Of a stretch of 64,000 nt of DNA, positions 12,501 through 23,285 are shown one piece after another; positions within the stretch are counted from its first letter, which is position 1; every line of letters begins with the position of its first letter. Source of the stretch: Camelus dromedarius (taxonomy: Eukaryota). Under the pieces are notes generated by a model. That model did not search any database and had not been told where the DNA came from. It worked only from the letters and a program-made list of their open reading frames with translations. Where the stretch lies: the NCBI RefSeq assembly GCF_036321535.1, contig NC_087447.1:34908001-34972000 (forward strand), written 5' to 3'. The translations under genes were made by a program, and so were the position numbers.

Positions 12501-13619
12501 CTATCACACCATTCTCCCTCAAACCCACACATTCAATTTTCCAGCCTTACTATCCACTAGAACCACGCATGTCAAGATCGGCTGTGACTCATTGTATATC
12601 CCAAGGTCAATTCTTAGTCTTCATCTTATTCAATCTTCACAGTAAAATTGACACTATTGCTCACTCCCACACCTTCTAGAACGAGACTTTCAGTGCCATC
12701 TCTGGGATACTATGCTTTCCTCGTTTACTCTTTCTTCAGTAGCTGTTTCTTGCTAATGTGTTGGCTGAGTCCTCCTCTTCTTCCAGGTCTCTGGAGGTTG
12801 GAGGCCCTAAAGCTGAGTCTCAAAGCTTTTCTCCATGAATACTCACTCCCAGGGTGAGCTCACCCAGCTCCTTTGGAACGTAAGGGGCATGGCCTTGTGT
12901 GTTATTTATCATCACATCTTCTGACACAGTACAGGCACACAATAGTGCTGGGTAAATGAATAAATGAGTGAATACATTTTCCTGATTGTCTTAAATGCTT
13001 CATAAGTTTTTAAAGCAAATGACAAGTAACTCACTTTGGTGGCAGCGTGGGCACATGAAAAAATTCATAGGAGCTAAGACTGAAAATATTGGTTGGCTCT
13101 AGGTGATCTGAAAATAATCTAGCTAACAGATTTCATGCTGTAGAGGGAGAAAGGTGACAGAGAGTGTGTGTGGTATGCTAAACTCCTTATCCTTTATAAG
13201 GGAACTCAATATACCCTGCTGTTGATACTGAAGAATCAAAAATTAAAATGTAGTTTTTTTATTATATAAAGTTATGACATTAACTTCTAAAAGAATTGAG
13301 AATGGAAACTGAAAACATTGTTTGCTAATGGGGAAAGAGATTAGGAGAGACTTTACATTTTACTTTATACACCTCGGTGTCATCTGAAATAAAGTTAATG
13401 TGCATACATTACTTCCACGATTAAATTTGAGACAGGCCATGCAGGGCCTTAAATGCCAAGGAAACTATTCTTTAGCTATGAAAGCTCACATTGCTTGCTG
13501 GGTTTGCTTCCTGCACAGGCTCATGGAGAGCAGTGAAAGGCTCAAGGACAAACATTCCTCACAAGGAGGGGGACTGGATGGGGTAGGATGGGGACAGAAT
13601 GAGATAAGTGATCGGAGTC

Positions 13620-13810
13620 AGGGCACGTGCAAAACATCTCATGAGGTTTCTTGTCTCACCCATCTCCAGGATCTAATTTGCCAGCACCCTTAGTGCAGGA
13701 AATCACAGGGGCTGTACAGTATCTTGATAAGCCTCACTCAGTCACCAGGTTTCTCTCTTGCTCTGCCCATCCACAGGGTAAAAAGGCATTCTCTGCTATT
13801 TATCAATCCC
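13620..13810 (+). promoter_or_regulatory. Putative MRGPRX proximal promoter
   Basis: CACGTG (13624-13629), ETS-like CAGGAAAT (13696-13703), paired GATA sites TATCT/TGATAAG (13720-13731) and TATA-like TAAAAA (~13779), just upstream of the coding micro-exon. The ETS/GATA block is conserved in the paralogous copy. Confidence 0.5.
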
Positions 13811-13853
13811 AGTGAAGCTCTTTCTTGTCTACTCACCACCTCCAGCAAGAAGA

Positions 13854-13864
13854 ATGGTGCTAAG
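13854..13864 (+). CDS. MRGPRX2: MRGPRX-type receptor, coding micro-exon (ATG GTG CTA AG; M-V-L-R)
   Basis: ATG at 13854 with A at -3 and G at +4; donor AAG|GTAAGA at 13865; phase 2 matches the acceptor at 15724/15725 and gives an open frame into the receptor. Confidence 0.7.
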
Positions 13865-14344
13865 GTAAGAGTCTGCTCAAGAACTCTCTTCGATCAAAGG
13901 CAGATTTGTTTCCTCCCCATTAGTGCACAGGCTCGTGACTTCACCGGGTAGGGCGTGCAGGGAGCAGGGGCATCCAACAGCAAGAGTCGGGAGACATGAA
14001 GCTCCCTCATGGAGGTTTTAGGTGCTGGTAGCTTGGACTATGGGAGAGCCAAACGAGGTCAACCAGGTTCTTTTTGCGTCTGTTCTACCTGCCTATATGC
14101 TCCTTTTCCCTCCAAACATTCAAATCTACAACTATGAAGAGAAATATATTGCTAATTTTAATTTAGGGAGCAAGATGGCATGCTGTTATTGCATTCCAAA
14201 GCTAAATTGTTGTAAACCTCAGGTTTCACAGATTTGTTTGCTATTCAGCGTGTTTTGTTTTGTTTTGTTGGTTTGCGGGGAGAGGGGGGAGGTTGTGTTT
14301 AGTTCTGGGTTTTTGTTTTTTTGTTTGTTTGTTTTTGGTATCCT

Positions 14345-14850
14345 TATATTTGGCATTGTCCCAGCAGAAAATACAGGACATAACCTAATGGGGTAACTGA
14401 GAAGAGTTTAATGAAGGGACTGATTATAAAGGTGTGGGCAGAGCTTAGGGAAATCTACAAAGGATGCTGAAGCTCCCAAAGACAAATCGTAACAGAGAGT
14501 TGTTACCGTTGCTGGGCTTGAAGAGGAAAAGGAGGGAGCAGTTACCAGAACTCAGGGAGGGTTGTGGCTGTAGCTGCAGTTCTGTCTGTGGCTGAAGAAA
14601 AGGGCCACCAGACAGAGGCTCTGTCCTCACCACCACCGCCAACTCACAGCCTGGCAGGGAGAGAGCCAGGGAGCTAAAAGCCCCACATCACTCTCTTCCT
14701 GCCCTCCAGCCTCCTGTCAGTGTCTCCCTCACACTGAACGCAAGTAGGAACCAGAGGGAGAGGGAGCACAGAGATCAGTGAGGCACAGGACACACAGAAG
14801 GGTAGAGAAGACAGAAATGAGCCCTGATGGCAAATAAGAGAAAACCTACC
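14345..14850. mobile_element. Ancient LTR (LTR78-like), shared with the duplicate at ~21145-21670
   Basis: 'ggggtaactgagaagagtttaatgaagggactgattataaaggtgtgggcagagcttagggaaa...gggagcagttaccagaactcag'; a homologous copy lies in the duplicated unit. Confidence 0.55.
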
Positions 14851-15574
14851 TCTTCTTACAGCCGCCTCACTGTTGGTGTGTCCTGGGACTTTCTCTGTCT
14901 CAGTGCGACTGGATCAGTTTCTCATTGTGTCACCTCAGTTTGTGTCTTTGATTGCCTGTTTGTGTGTCTGCATCTACCTAGTGTCACTTCTTCAGCATGA
15001 TCTCTGATTATCACCATAAATGCCTTGAGAATGGAATATAGTCGTTGCTTTTTAAGGATGGGGTACACAGGTATTTGTATTCTGAGTTTGTGATTTGGGC
15101 TTCTCTAGAAATACATTATAAAAGTTACTTAAACTGTGGCCACCACACAGAGCTAGGCACTGGGGATACACCAATGGATGAAAAAAGCACTTCCTGTCCT
15201 CATAAAGCTGATACACTGGGCCATTTCCAGCCCTGAAGGCCTGGCTGTACTCACACTTGTCATAGCAAGAGGTCACCTTCCCTTCGTGCCCCTAAATCAT
15301 GATGTCCTTTCTCTCTGGTGGGTGCACCATTCTTAGTCACTAAGACTGCCCACAGGTCATGCCTGAGGCTTCCGACTTCCTGGCCCTAAGAGGAAATCTC
15401 AGTTCCAGGCAGAAGGAACACTGAGCTCAGAGTCCCACTGTCACCCCCACGTAACCTGTCCAGACTTTTCTCCCCCTGCCTCCTATGGCCTGGGAGGTTG
15501 AGTGGAGGTGACATTCCTCCATTCAGTAGAGGGTTTGTATACAGTAGAGACGATCCAGGCAACTGAGTCAAAGA

Positions 15575-15700
15575 GAACTGGGTTTGAATCCAAGTTCCAG
15601 GACTCCAGGGCTGTGTAGACATCAGTAAGTATCTTCATCTCTGGGGGCCTCCGGTTCCCTCCTCTGTAACATGGAGACAGTAATTCCCACGTATCAGGTG
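15575..15700 (+). mobile_element. MIR fragment upstream of the MRGPRX splice acceptor
   Basis: 'ctgggtttgaatccaagttcc...ctccggttccctcctctgtaacatggagacagtaat'. Confidence 0.55.
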
Positions 15701-15724
15701 CTCACGTCTTGTCTGTGTTCCCAG

Positions 15725-16742
15725 GGTCACCAGTGGAGGGTTTCTGAGCTTGGATCCAACCACCCCAGCCTGGGGGTCCGAACTCACATCAGTGAATGTA
15801 AGTGGCCAGGCCCTTCCTCAAACTTTGGACATGGCGACCAGGACCCTGCTCTCGCTGACGGTCATCATTGCCGCGGGAGGACTAGCAGGAAACGCGACCG
15901 TGCTGTGGCTCCTGGGCTTCCGCCTGCGCAGGAACGCCTTCTCCGTCTACATCTTCAACCTGGCGGGAGCCGACTTCCTCTTACTGGGCTGCCAGATTAT
16001 AATTTCCCTCATGTTCATCACCGCCTTCCACTCCATCTTACTCTTCTACAACTTCTTCGTCCCTGTGACGAACTTTGCCTACATCCAGAGCCTGAGCTTG
16101 CTCAGCACCATTAGCACCGAGTGCTGCCTGTCCGTCCTGTGCCCCATCTGGTACCGCTGCCGCCGCCCCAAAAGCTTGTCGGTTATTGTGTGTGCCCTGC
16201 TCTGGGCCCTGTCCCTGCTTCTGAGCATCCTGGAAGGGATGTACTGTTACTTCCTGTTGGGGGATTTTCACACTGATTGGTGTAAAGGGTTTGATTTCGT
16301 CATTGCCGGGTGGTTGATCTTCATATTTGTGCTTCTTGCTGGGTCCAGCCTGGCCATGGTCGTCAGGAACCTCTGTAAATCCCAGCGGATGCAGCTGACC
16401 AGGCTGTATGTGACCATCCTGCTCACCGTGCTGGTCTTCCTCCTCTGTGGCCTGCCCTTCGGTGTCTACTGGTTCCCCGTACACTGGGTCATTCCTGGTC
16501 CTTTAATATTCTCCTATTCTCACCATTTGATGGTTGGCCTGTCCTGTGTCAACAGCTGCGCCAACCCCATCATCTACTTCTTCGTTGGCTCCTTTAGGCA
16601 GTGGCAGCGGAAGAGGCGGGGATGGCAGACACTCAAGGTGGTTCTCCAGAAGGCTTTGGAGGATGTATCAGAAGTGGATGGAAGTGAAGGAAGCTTTCCT
16701 CAGGAAACCCAAGAGATTTCGGGGAGCAGTCTGATGTTCTGA
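15725..16742 (+). CDS. MRGPRX2: Mas-related G protein-coupled receptor member X2-like, main coding exon (7TM)
   Basis: Open frame with MRGPRX hallmarks: DPTTPAWG, GNATVLWLLGF, RNAFSVYIFNLAGADF, PIWYRCRRP, LSILEG, WCxxFDF, LTRLYVTILLTVLVFLLCGLPFG, NSCANPIIYFFVGSFR. Acceptor tgtctgtgttcccag|G; stop TGA 16740-16742. One-to-one orthology with human X2 versus other X paralogues is not established. Confidence 0.93.
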
Positions 16743-16779
16743 TTCAGAGTCTCTGCTTTGATCAGATATATGTGGCTCT

Positions 16780-16914
16780 AGGGGGGAGGGTATAGCTCAA
16801 GTGGTAGAGCACATGCTTGGCATGCATGAGGTCCTGGGTTCTATTCCCAGTACCTCCTCTAAAAATAAATAAGTAAACCTCATTACCCACCCCCCCAAAA
16901 CAACAACAACAACA
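16780..16914 (+). mobile_element. Camelid tRNA-derived SINE (Vic-1 type)
   Basis: tRNA-like head with A box 'tagctcaagtgg' and B-box-like 'gggttctattcc', (CAA)n tail, and 16-bp target-site duplication agatatatgtggctct (16764-16779) / agatatacgtgtctct (16915-16930). Confidence 0.85.
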
Positions 16915-17879
16915 AGATATACGTGTCTCTGAGAGCCAACTTTCTCCGTATTGGTGTGGGAAGGTTTCTTAACTTCTCCCAGCCTCTGAGCCCCTGGTCT
17001 TAAAACGGTTAAAATAATAATTTGGCTAGTGAGGATGGAGACAGTGCCTGTTACACAAATACTGAGTGCAGTGTCTCAAGGACTGTCTTATCCAGGGGGC
17101 TTCTCCTCATTCCCATGAGAGCTTCACCAACTCTGGGGTCCAGGACTGTTTCCACTTTTGAAGAATTCCACCTTCAGCAGAAGCTGAAATCAGTGCAGGA
17201 AAGATCTAAATTTCTTTGGTCACTGCGCTTGGTAGGAACTAAAAGAACATTACATTTTGACAAGTTTCTGTGGTCATATTTTTTACAATCTGTCTCCAAA
17301 CAATTAAAAGAATTAAAGTTCACCCTAGCCCCAAAGAGCAGTCTTGTTTGATTTCAGCAGGGCTTAGGATATCTTCCTAGCTCAATAAATATTTATTGAA
17401 TAAATAACTTAATGAGTGAATAAGAGATGAATTTTTAAGTCAATCTGTACTGAATTGCCATTTACCAGATTTGAGTCACCACCTGTAAGTTTGCTTTCAC
17501 CATTTTCAACTTTTGCAAGCATAAAGTTAAGGTTTATAACCTGATAAATCAACATCAAAGAGTATTTAAGGTTTGATGTGGGTTGTCTTTCTGTGGTTTC
17601 CTCTCACATGCCCTCCAGTAGAATCCCATGTGCAGTCCTCCTCATTCTCACCCCTTTGCCCTGATTCTCCCCGCCTGGGGGGCTCGCTGATCCTTCATGC
17701 AGGTTTCCAACGGGTTTTATTAGACTCTGTTCTCTGGGGACAGGATGTATGTCAGATTTACCTTTTATTCCAAAGAGCTCACAACATTGATTTTAGTAAT
17801 CTAATTACACAAACATTTTTTGTTACCTGTTCTATCAAAGTAATATACTAAGCTTAAATGTTGCCTCTTTTAATAATTT

Positions 17880-18720
17880 TAATATTTTTAAATGGAGGTG
17901 TAATTAAGAGAGAGAGTTCACAGATCATTAGTGTATACAGTTCAATGAGTTTTGGCAGCAAATACACCCATGTGACTCAAACTCCAATCAAGACATAAGA
18001 CATTTTCATCACCTCTGAAAGTTCCCTCATGTCCTTCCAAGGCATTCCTCCTGCCCCAGAGGCAACTATTATTTCTATTTCTGTCACCAAAGATTACTTT
18101 TGCCTGAACTTTGACTTCATGTATTTAGATTCACACGATGTACTTTTTTGTTCCTACCTTATTTCACTCAGCATATTTGGAGGATTTACTTGTGCCACTG
18201 CACTGCATATACCAGCAGTTCCTCCCTTTTATATAGCTAAATACTATTTCATTGGATGGGCGTCTACAGCTTATTTTCATAGTGATAGATATATGTGTAG
18301 TATTCCACTTTTGGCTATTGTGAATAAAGCTGCTGTGACCATTCTTACTCATGTCTTTCTTGGAACATGTTTTCATTTCTCTTGGATTAAAAAAACCTGA
18401 ATTGAAATTGCTGGGTCATAGGGAGATATACACTTGACTCTATGAGAAATTGCTAAACTCTCTTCTAAAGTGGTGGTGCCAGTTCCCATTCCCACCAGCC
18501 ATATATGAAAGCTCCAGTGGCACTCCCTGCTCCCCAACAAACATGGTACTGCCAGTCTTTTGAATTTTAGTCATTCTGATGGGTGTGAAGTGGTATCTCG
18601 TTATGTTTTCATTTACATTTTCCAAATGACTTATGAAATTGAGTATCCTTTCATGTGCTCACTGGCTACTTGTTTTTCTTTAACGTGTCTGTTTACATTT
18701 TGCCCATTTTCATTATTTCT
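17880..18720 (-). mobile_element. L1M (L1MB/MC-type) 3' end
   Basis: 'acagttcaatgagttttggca...aagacataagacattttcatcacctctgaaagttccctc...ttggctattgtgaataaagctgctgtgaccatt'. Confidence 0.75.
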
Positions 18721-18731
18721 CTGCAAGAGTT

Positions 18732-19107
18732 AAAAAAAAAGCAAAAAAATACCATATGATATCACTTATATGTGGAATCTTAAAAAAAAAATACAAACGA
18801 ATTTATTTACAAAACAGAAACAGACTACAGACATAGAAAACAAACTTATGGTTACCAGGGTGGGAACGGGGTGGGCATGGATAAATTGGGAGTTCTAGAT
18901 TTGCAGATACTAACTAATATACACAAAATAGATAAACAATAAGGTTCTACTGTATAGCACCGGGAACTATATTCAGTTTCTTGTAGTAACCTATGATGAA
19001 AAATATGAAAACCAATATACATATGTTCCTATGTGACTGAAGTATCGTGCTGTGCACCAGAAATTGACACAGCGTTGTAAACTGACTATACTTCAATAAA
19101 AAAAAGA
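18732..19107 (+). mobile_element. 5'-truncated lineage-specific L1 (3' UTR only), nested in older L1
   Basis: 'taccatatgatatcacttatatgtggaatct...ctgactatacttcaataaaaaaaa'; flanked by caagagtt at 18724-18731 and 19108-19115. Confidence 0.8.
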
Positions 19108-19189
19108 CAAGAGTTTTTATATGCTGAATACGAGTCCTTTGTTAGTTATGTGTATTATAAATATTTATCATGTTGGTGGTTTGTCTATT

Positions 19190-20045
19190 CATTTTTAAAT
19201 AACTTTTATACTTTAAAGCACTTTTAGATTTATAGAAAAATTATGCAGAAATTACTGAGGGTTCCCATGTACTCCCACTCCTCCCCACAATTTCTCCTAT
19301 TACTAACAGTTTCCACTAATGTGGCACATTTATTCAAATTGATGAACCACTATTGATACATCATTATAAACTGAATTCCCTAGTTTACATCAGGGTTCAG
19401 TCTTTGTATTGTATAGTTCAGTGGGTTTGACAAATGCAGGATATCGTGCACCTACCATTACAATATCACATAGAATATTTTCTCTGTCCCCAAATTAATT
19501 GAATTCCTATAGTTTTTTGTTTGTTTGTTTGTTTTGTTTGTTTGTTTTTGTATTTATCCTGCTTGGTGGATTGGTGTTCTCTGAGCTACTTAGACCTGTG
19601 GTTTGGTGCCTGTCAATTATGTGAAAAATTCTTGGCCATTGTTACTTCAGATACTTCTGTTCCTTTCTCTCTTTTTTCCTCTTTCTGATGTTCACATTAC
19701 ACATATGTTACATCAGTTGCAATCATCCCACAGCTCTTGAACATTCTGTTCTGTTTTTCACTCTATTTTCTCTTTGCTTTACAGTTTGGGAAGTTCCTAT
19801 TAACATATTTTGAGGCTCGCTGATTCTCTCAAAGGCTGTGTCTAGTCTACTGATGGCCTATCAAAGGCACTCCTCATTTTTGCTGCAATATTTCATTCTA
19901 GCATTCCCTCTTTCTTAGAGTTTCCATCTTTCTGCTTATATTGTCCATCTGCTCTTGCATGCTGTCCACCTTTTCCATTAGACTCCTTGGCATATTAATC
20001 ACAGTAATTTTAAATTTCCAGTCTGATAATTCCAAATATCTCAGC
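19190..20045 (-). mobile_element. L1M fragments (3' end plus ORF1 piece)
   Basis: 'ttttagatttatagaaaaattatgcagaaa...ggttcccatgtactccc' and 'aaattcttggccattgttacttcagatacttctg'. Confidence 0.65.
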
Positions 20046-20049
20046 CATA

Positions 20050-21915
20050 TTCTAAATTCTTATATAGGGAATCTTATATGGGGAATAAATTGATCTTGTT
20101 TATACTGATAAATTAAAAATTGGAAATATACATTTACAATTCAAATCTATAACCACAACTAATAACAGAATTTAGAAGAAAAATTGAAACAAATTGTTGC
20201 TTCTGGAGAATAGGATTCAGGAAGATTTTTACCATTTATTTGAAACACTTCTATGTCAACTGGAAAGAAATTGTAAATCTGCACACATTACTACTATAAT
20301 TAAGAATTGGGTGGGACGGGCCATGGAGAACCTCGAATGACAGGTAAGGAGGGTGTGATTTATTCTTAGCATTGCTGCCCAAGGACGCAGTTGGCAGCAA
20401 AAGGCTCTACAAAAACAATCCCTTGCAGGGACCAGCACCCAGTGGGGTGGGGAGGGACAGAGATTGAGAGATAGGAAAAGAGTTGGACCAAATGTTGAGA
20501 AACATCTTGTGAGGAGTCATGACTCAGAGAACTCCACACTCTCATTTACCAGCAGGTCCCTGTACAGGAAATCACAGGGACTGTGCAGTATCTTGATAAG
20601 CCTCGCTCAGGCACCAGACTTCACCCCTGCTCCTGCTGGTACCTCTCCAAGGCAGACATGTGTCCTCTAGTGACTGTCAATCCCAGGAAGCTCTTCCCTT
20701 CAGCACAGGTCAGCCTGTAACCTCCAGCAAGAAGAATGGAGGAAACGTACACTTATCAAGTATTTATTTCCAAAGCCCCTGTTGGGTTTTTCCTGTTAGT
20801 GCACATTCACATAACTCCACCTAGGGGAGGAGTATTCAGGGAACCATAGGGGCTCCAGCAGAAAAAGACAGGAAAAAAGACATAAGTACCCTCCTGGCAA
20901 CTTTGGGTGCTGGCAGCCTCAACTGTGGGAGCTCTAAATTGGGAAAACAACACTGTATTCCCTTATTGGGTCCTCTCCCTGTTCTCTCCTCCATCCCAAC
21001 CATTTAAATTTGCTGTCATAGTGAGGAATTTGCTGCTTCCCTTAACTTAGAGAGTAGGATAGGGAACACGTATGCTTCTCAAAGCTAAACTGCTGTTGCC
21101 AGATTTCACTGATTTCCTTGTTTTTCTAAAGTTTTCCCCTTTGTGTGTCTGGCAGTGTCCTAGCATAAAAGAAATGGCCCAAAGAGATGGAATAATTGAA
21201 GAGACTTTAACTAAAGAACAATTTATGAAGATGTGCAGGTTAAGAGAAAGTTTGAAAGGAATGGTGAAACCTCCAAAGGCAATCAATTGGAAGAAGCTTT
21301 TGCTAACCCTAGGCTGAGGGACAAAGGGAAGGATCAGTTACCAGAACTCAGAGAGGCTGAAGTTGTAACCATAGGTGTAGCTGTGGCTCTAGTGGGCCAC
21401 CAAACAGGGACGATGTCCTTAAGTAGAGTAACACTGCCATTGCCAACCCACAGCCTAGCAGGGAGACAGCCAGGAGGTAGATTAAAAACCCCTTATTGCT
21501 GACAGGCTCTCCAATTTCTTGTCAGTGTTGTCCTTCAACTGAAGTCAACAAGGATCCGTAAAAAAAGGAGCCCACTGATCAGGTACAGCGATGTATCCTA
21601 ACTCAGGAGTGAAAATCAGGGTAGACAAGGACGAAAAGAAGAACTTGAGGGCCAGTGGGGAATATCCATCACTCTCTTACACCCACCACACAAGCTGCAT
21701 TCCCTGGGACTTTCTCTGTCTCAGTGTGCAATCTTCAACTGAACCTCCTCAGGGTTCTGTTTTGTTTTTCTCTTTGCATCTTCTTTCTTTAGTGTAATTT
21801 TAATGGAACAATCTCACTACCAACAAACATACCTTGAAAAACGATTGTATTAAGAAAAGAGGTAACATGTTCTGATGGGTGTTTTTTTCGTTTAAGTAAA
21901 CTTCTGCCCTAGAAT
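20050..21915 (+). pseudogene. Orphan duplicate of the MRGPRX promoter, micro-exon and 5' intron (no coding exon)
   Basis: Collinear similarity to ~13180-15110, including a 43/46 match (20565-20610 vs 13696-13741), a 20/20 match 'acctccagcaagaagaatgg', micro-exon ATG GAG GAA AC|GTACAC (20736-20746), and the same LTR. Confidence 0.8.
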
Positions 21916-22099
21916 GGTCTAATAAATGGTGGCTTGACAGTTTTAGACATGAGGGCTCCTTCCAGTTTGTTGGTCCTCCATCCCTAGAGAGGTTCTCTCA
22001 TCTCAGTAGTCCTCAGTGGCCTCAATCCTTCTTGCCACATCAGCATTCCAGGCTGGCAAGAGAGGCAAAATGACAGAAGTTCTTCCCTATAAGTAACTG

Positions 22100-22420
22100 C
22101 GTTACATTTAAAGAATTAACCTCTCCAATCAAAAGACAGAGATTGGCATAATCAATTGATTATAGCAATAATCTACTTTAAATATATAGACACATGCAGA
22201 TTAAAAGTAAATGAATGGAGAAAAATATATCATGTTGACACCAATTTTAAAAAGCAGGAGTAGCTATATTAATTTCAGACCAAGCAGACTTCAAAGCAAG
22301 GAAAATTTCGGGGAAAAAGAAGGGCATTACATAATTATAAAGGGGCGAATTATCCAAGAAGATAGAGCAATTCGTAATGTCTATCTATATGCCTGAAAAC
22401 AGCATCAAACTACGCAAAAG
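22100..22420 (+). mobile_element. L1 ORF2 endonuclease-region fragment
   Basis: Degenerate EN-like peptide (...EKEGHYIIIKGRIIQEDRAIRNVY) and 'ctccaatcaaaagacagagattggca'. Confidence 0.75.
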
Positions 22421-22624
22421 CTATCCTCCTAGCTCTGCCTTGGGGGTGGATCATGTATGATATTCAGGAGCTTTCTTCAAGAAGAGAGAAAAGATGTGAA
22501 AGTCCCTCATGGCACCTTTTGGGAGGTGTCACTCACAACTGTTTATTTATGCATGAATTCAACACACATTATTTAAACCTACTTGATAAAGCACTATGCT
22601 ATTTCTATATAGAGTAAACACCTT

Positions 22625-23285
22625 TCAAACAAATCTCTGGTTAGTAGACCTATCTGTATTGATTGATGTCCAGTAACCGCTGAGCCCTCAGGACCATTTA
22701 CTAATTATCTAGTGCATCTGGACATTACAGCACTGAGTCATCTGCTTCACAAGAACCAATTGCGCTTGTTTCCAGTCCTGCTTGTGCCAGTTGGACTTGT
22801 TTATGTAATTACCTAATTTATCAAAATATAATGTAAATCAATGAAGATGGAAAGAGAATTGTGGTTTCAATGAAAATTAATGTGAATGCTTAAAAGGGCA
22901 ATAAAAGCTAGTCTCAATATTATTTTAATTTAATTAGGTGTGAGCCTGACTATACAAGATTGAAAAAAATGCAGTGATACTGAAAAACATCATCAAGCAG
23001 AATGCTATACACATGCTCTTAAGATCTCTCCTCTGATAAATCCAAACTGCAAACCATGGACAGTGCTGAATGGATGTGCTTTCTGCAAGAAAGAGTAGAG
23101 CTATATTTTCTACTCCATAATCATAGAAAAGTTCTCTCTCCTTTATTTTGGTGAGTAAATTCTGAGTTAAAATAAAATATTTATATTACAAATGTACCCT
23201 TTTTTATAACTGCCATTTAATAGACTGTCACAATTAACCTGTCTATTTCCAGTCTTGAAGATATCATTAAGTAGGCTTCTCATAG
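22625..23285 (+). mobile_element. Tigger (TcMar) DNA transposon remnant
   Basis: Degenerate N-terminal HTH/CENP-B-like peptide KRIVVSMKINVNA*...LGVS...SKLQTMDSAEWMCFLQER. Confidence 0.6.

Noticed and set aside
15671..16484. ORFs 15671-16114 (+) and 16038-16484 (-)
   Set aside because: Shadow frames of the receptor exon; the first begins inside an intronic MIR.
16781..16855. tRNA-like sequence (also 57805-57878)
   Set aside because: Followed by SINE body, simple-repeat tail and target-site duplication, so a SINE head and not a tRNA gene.
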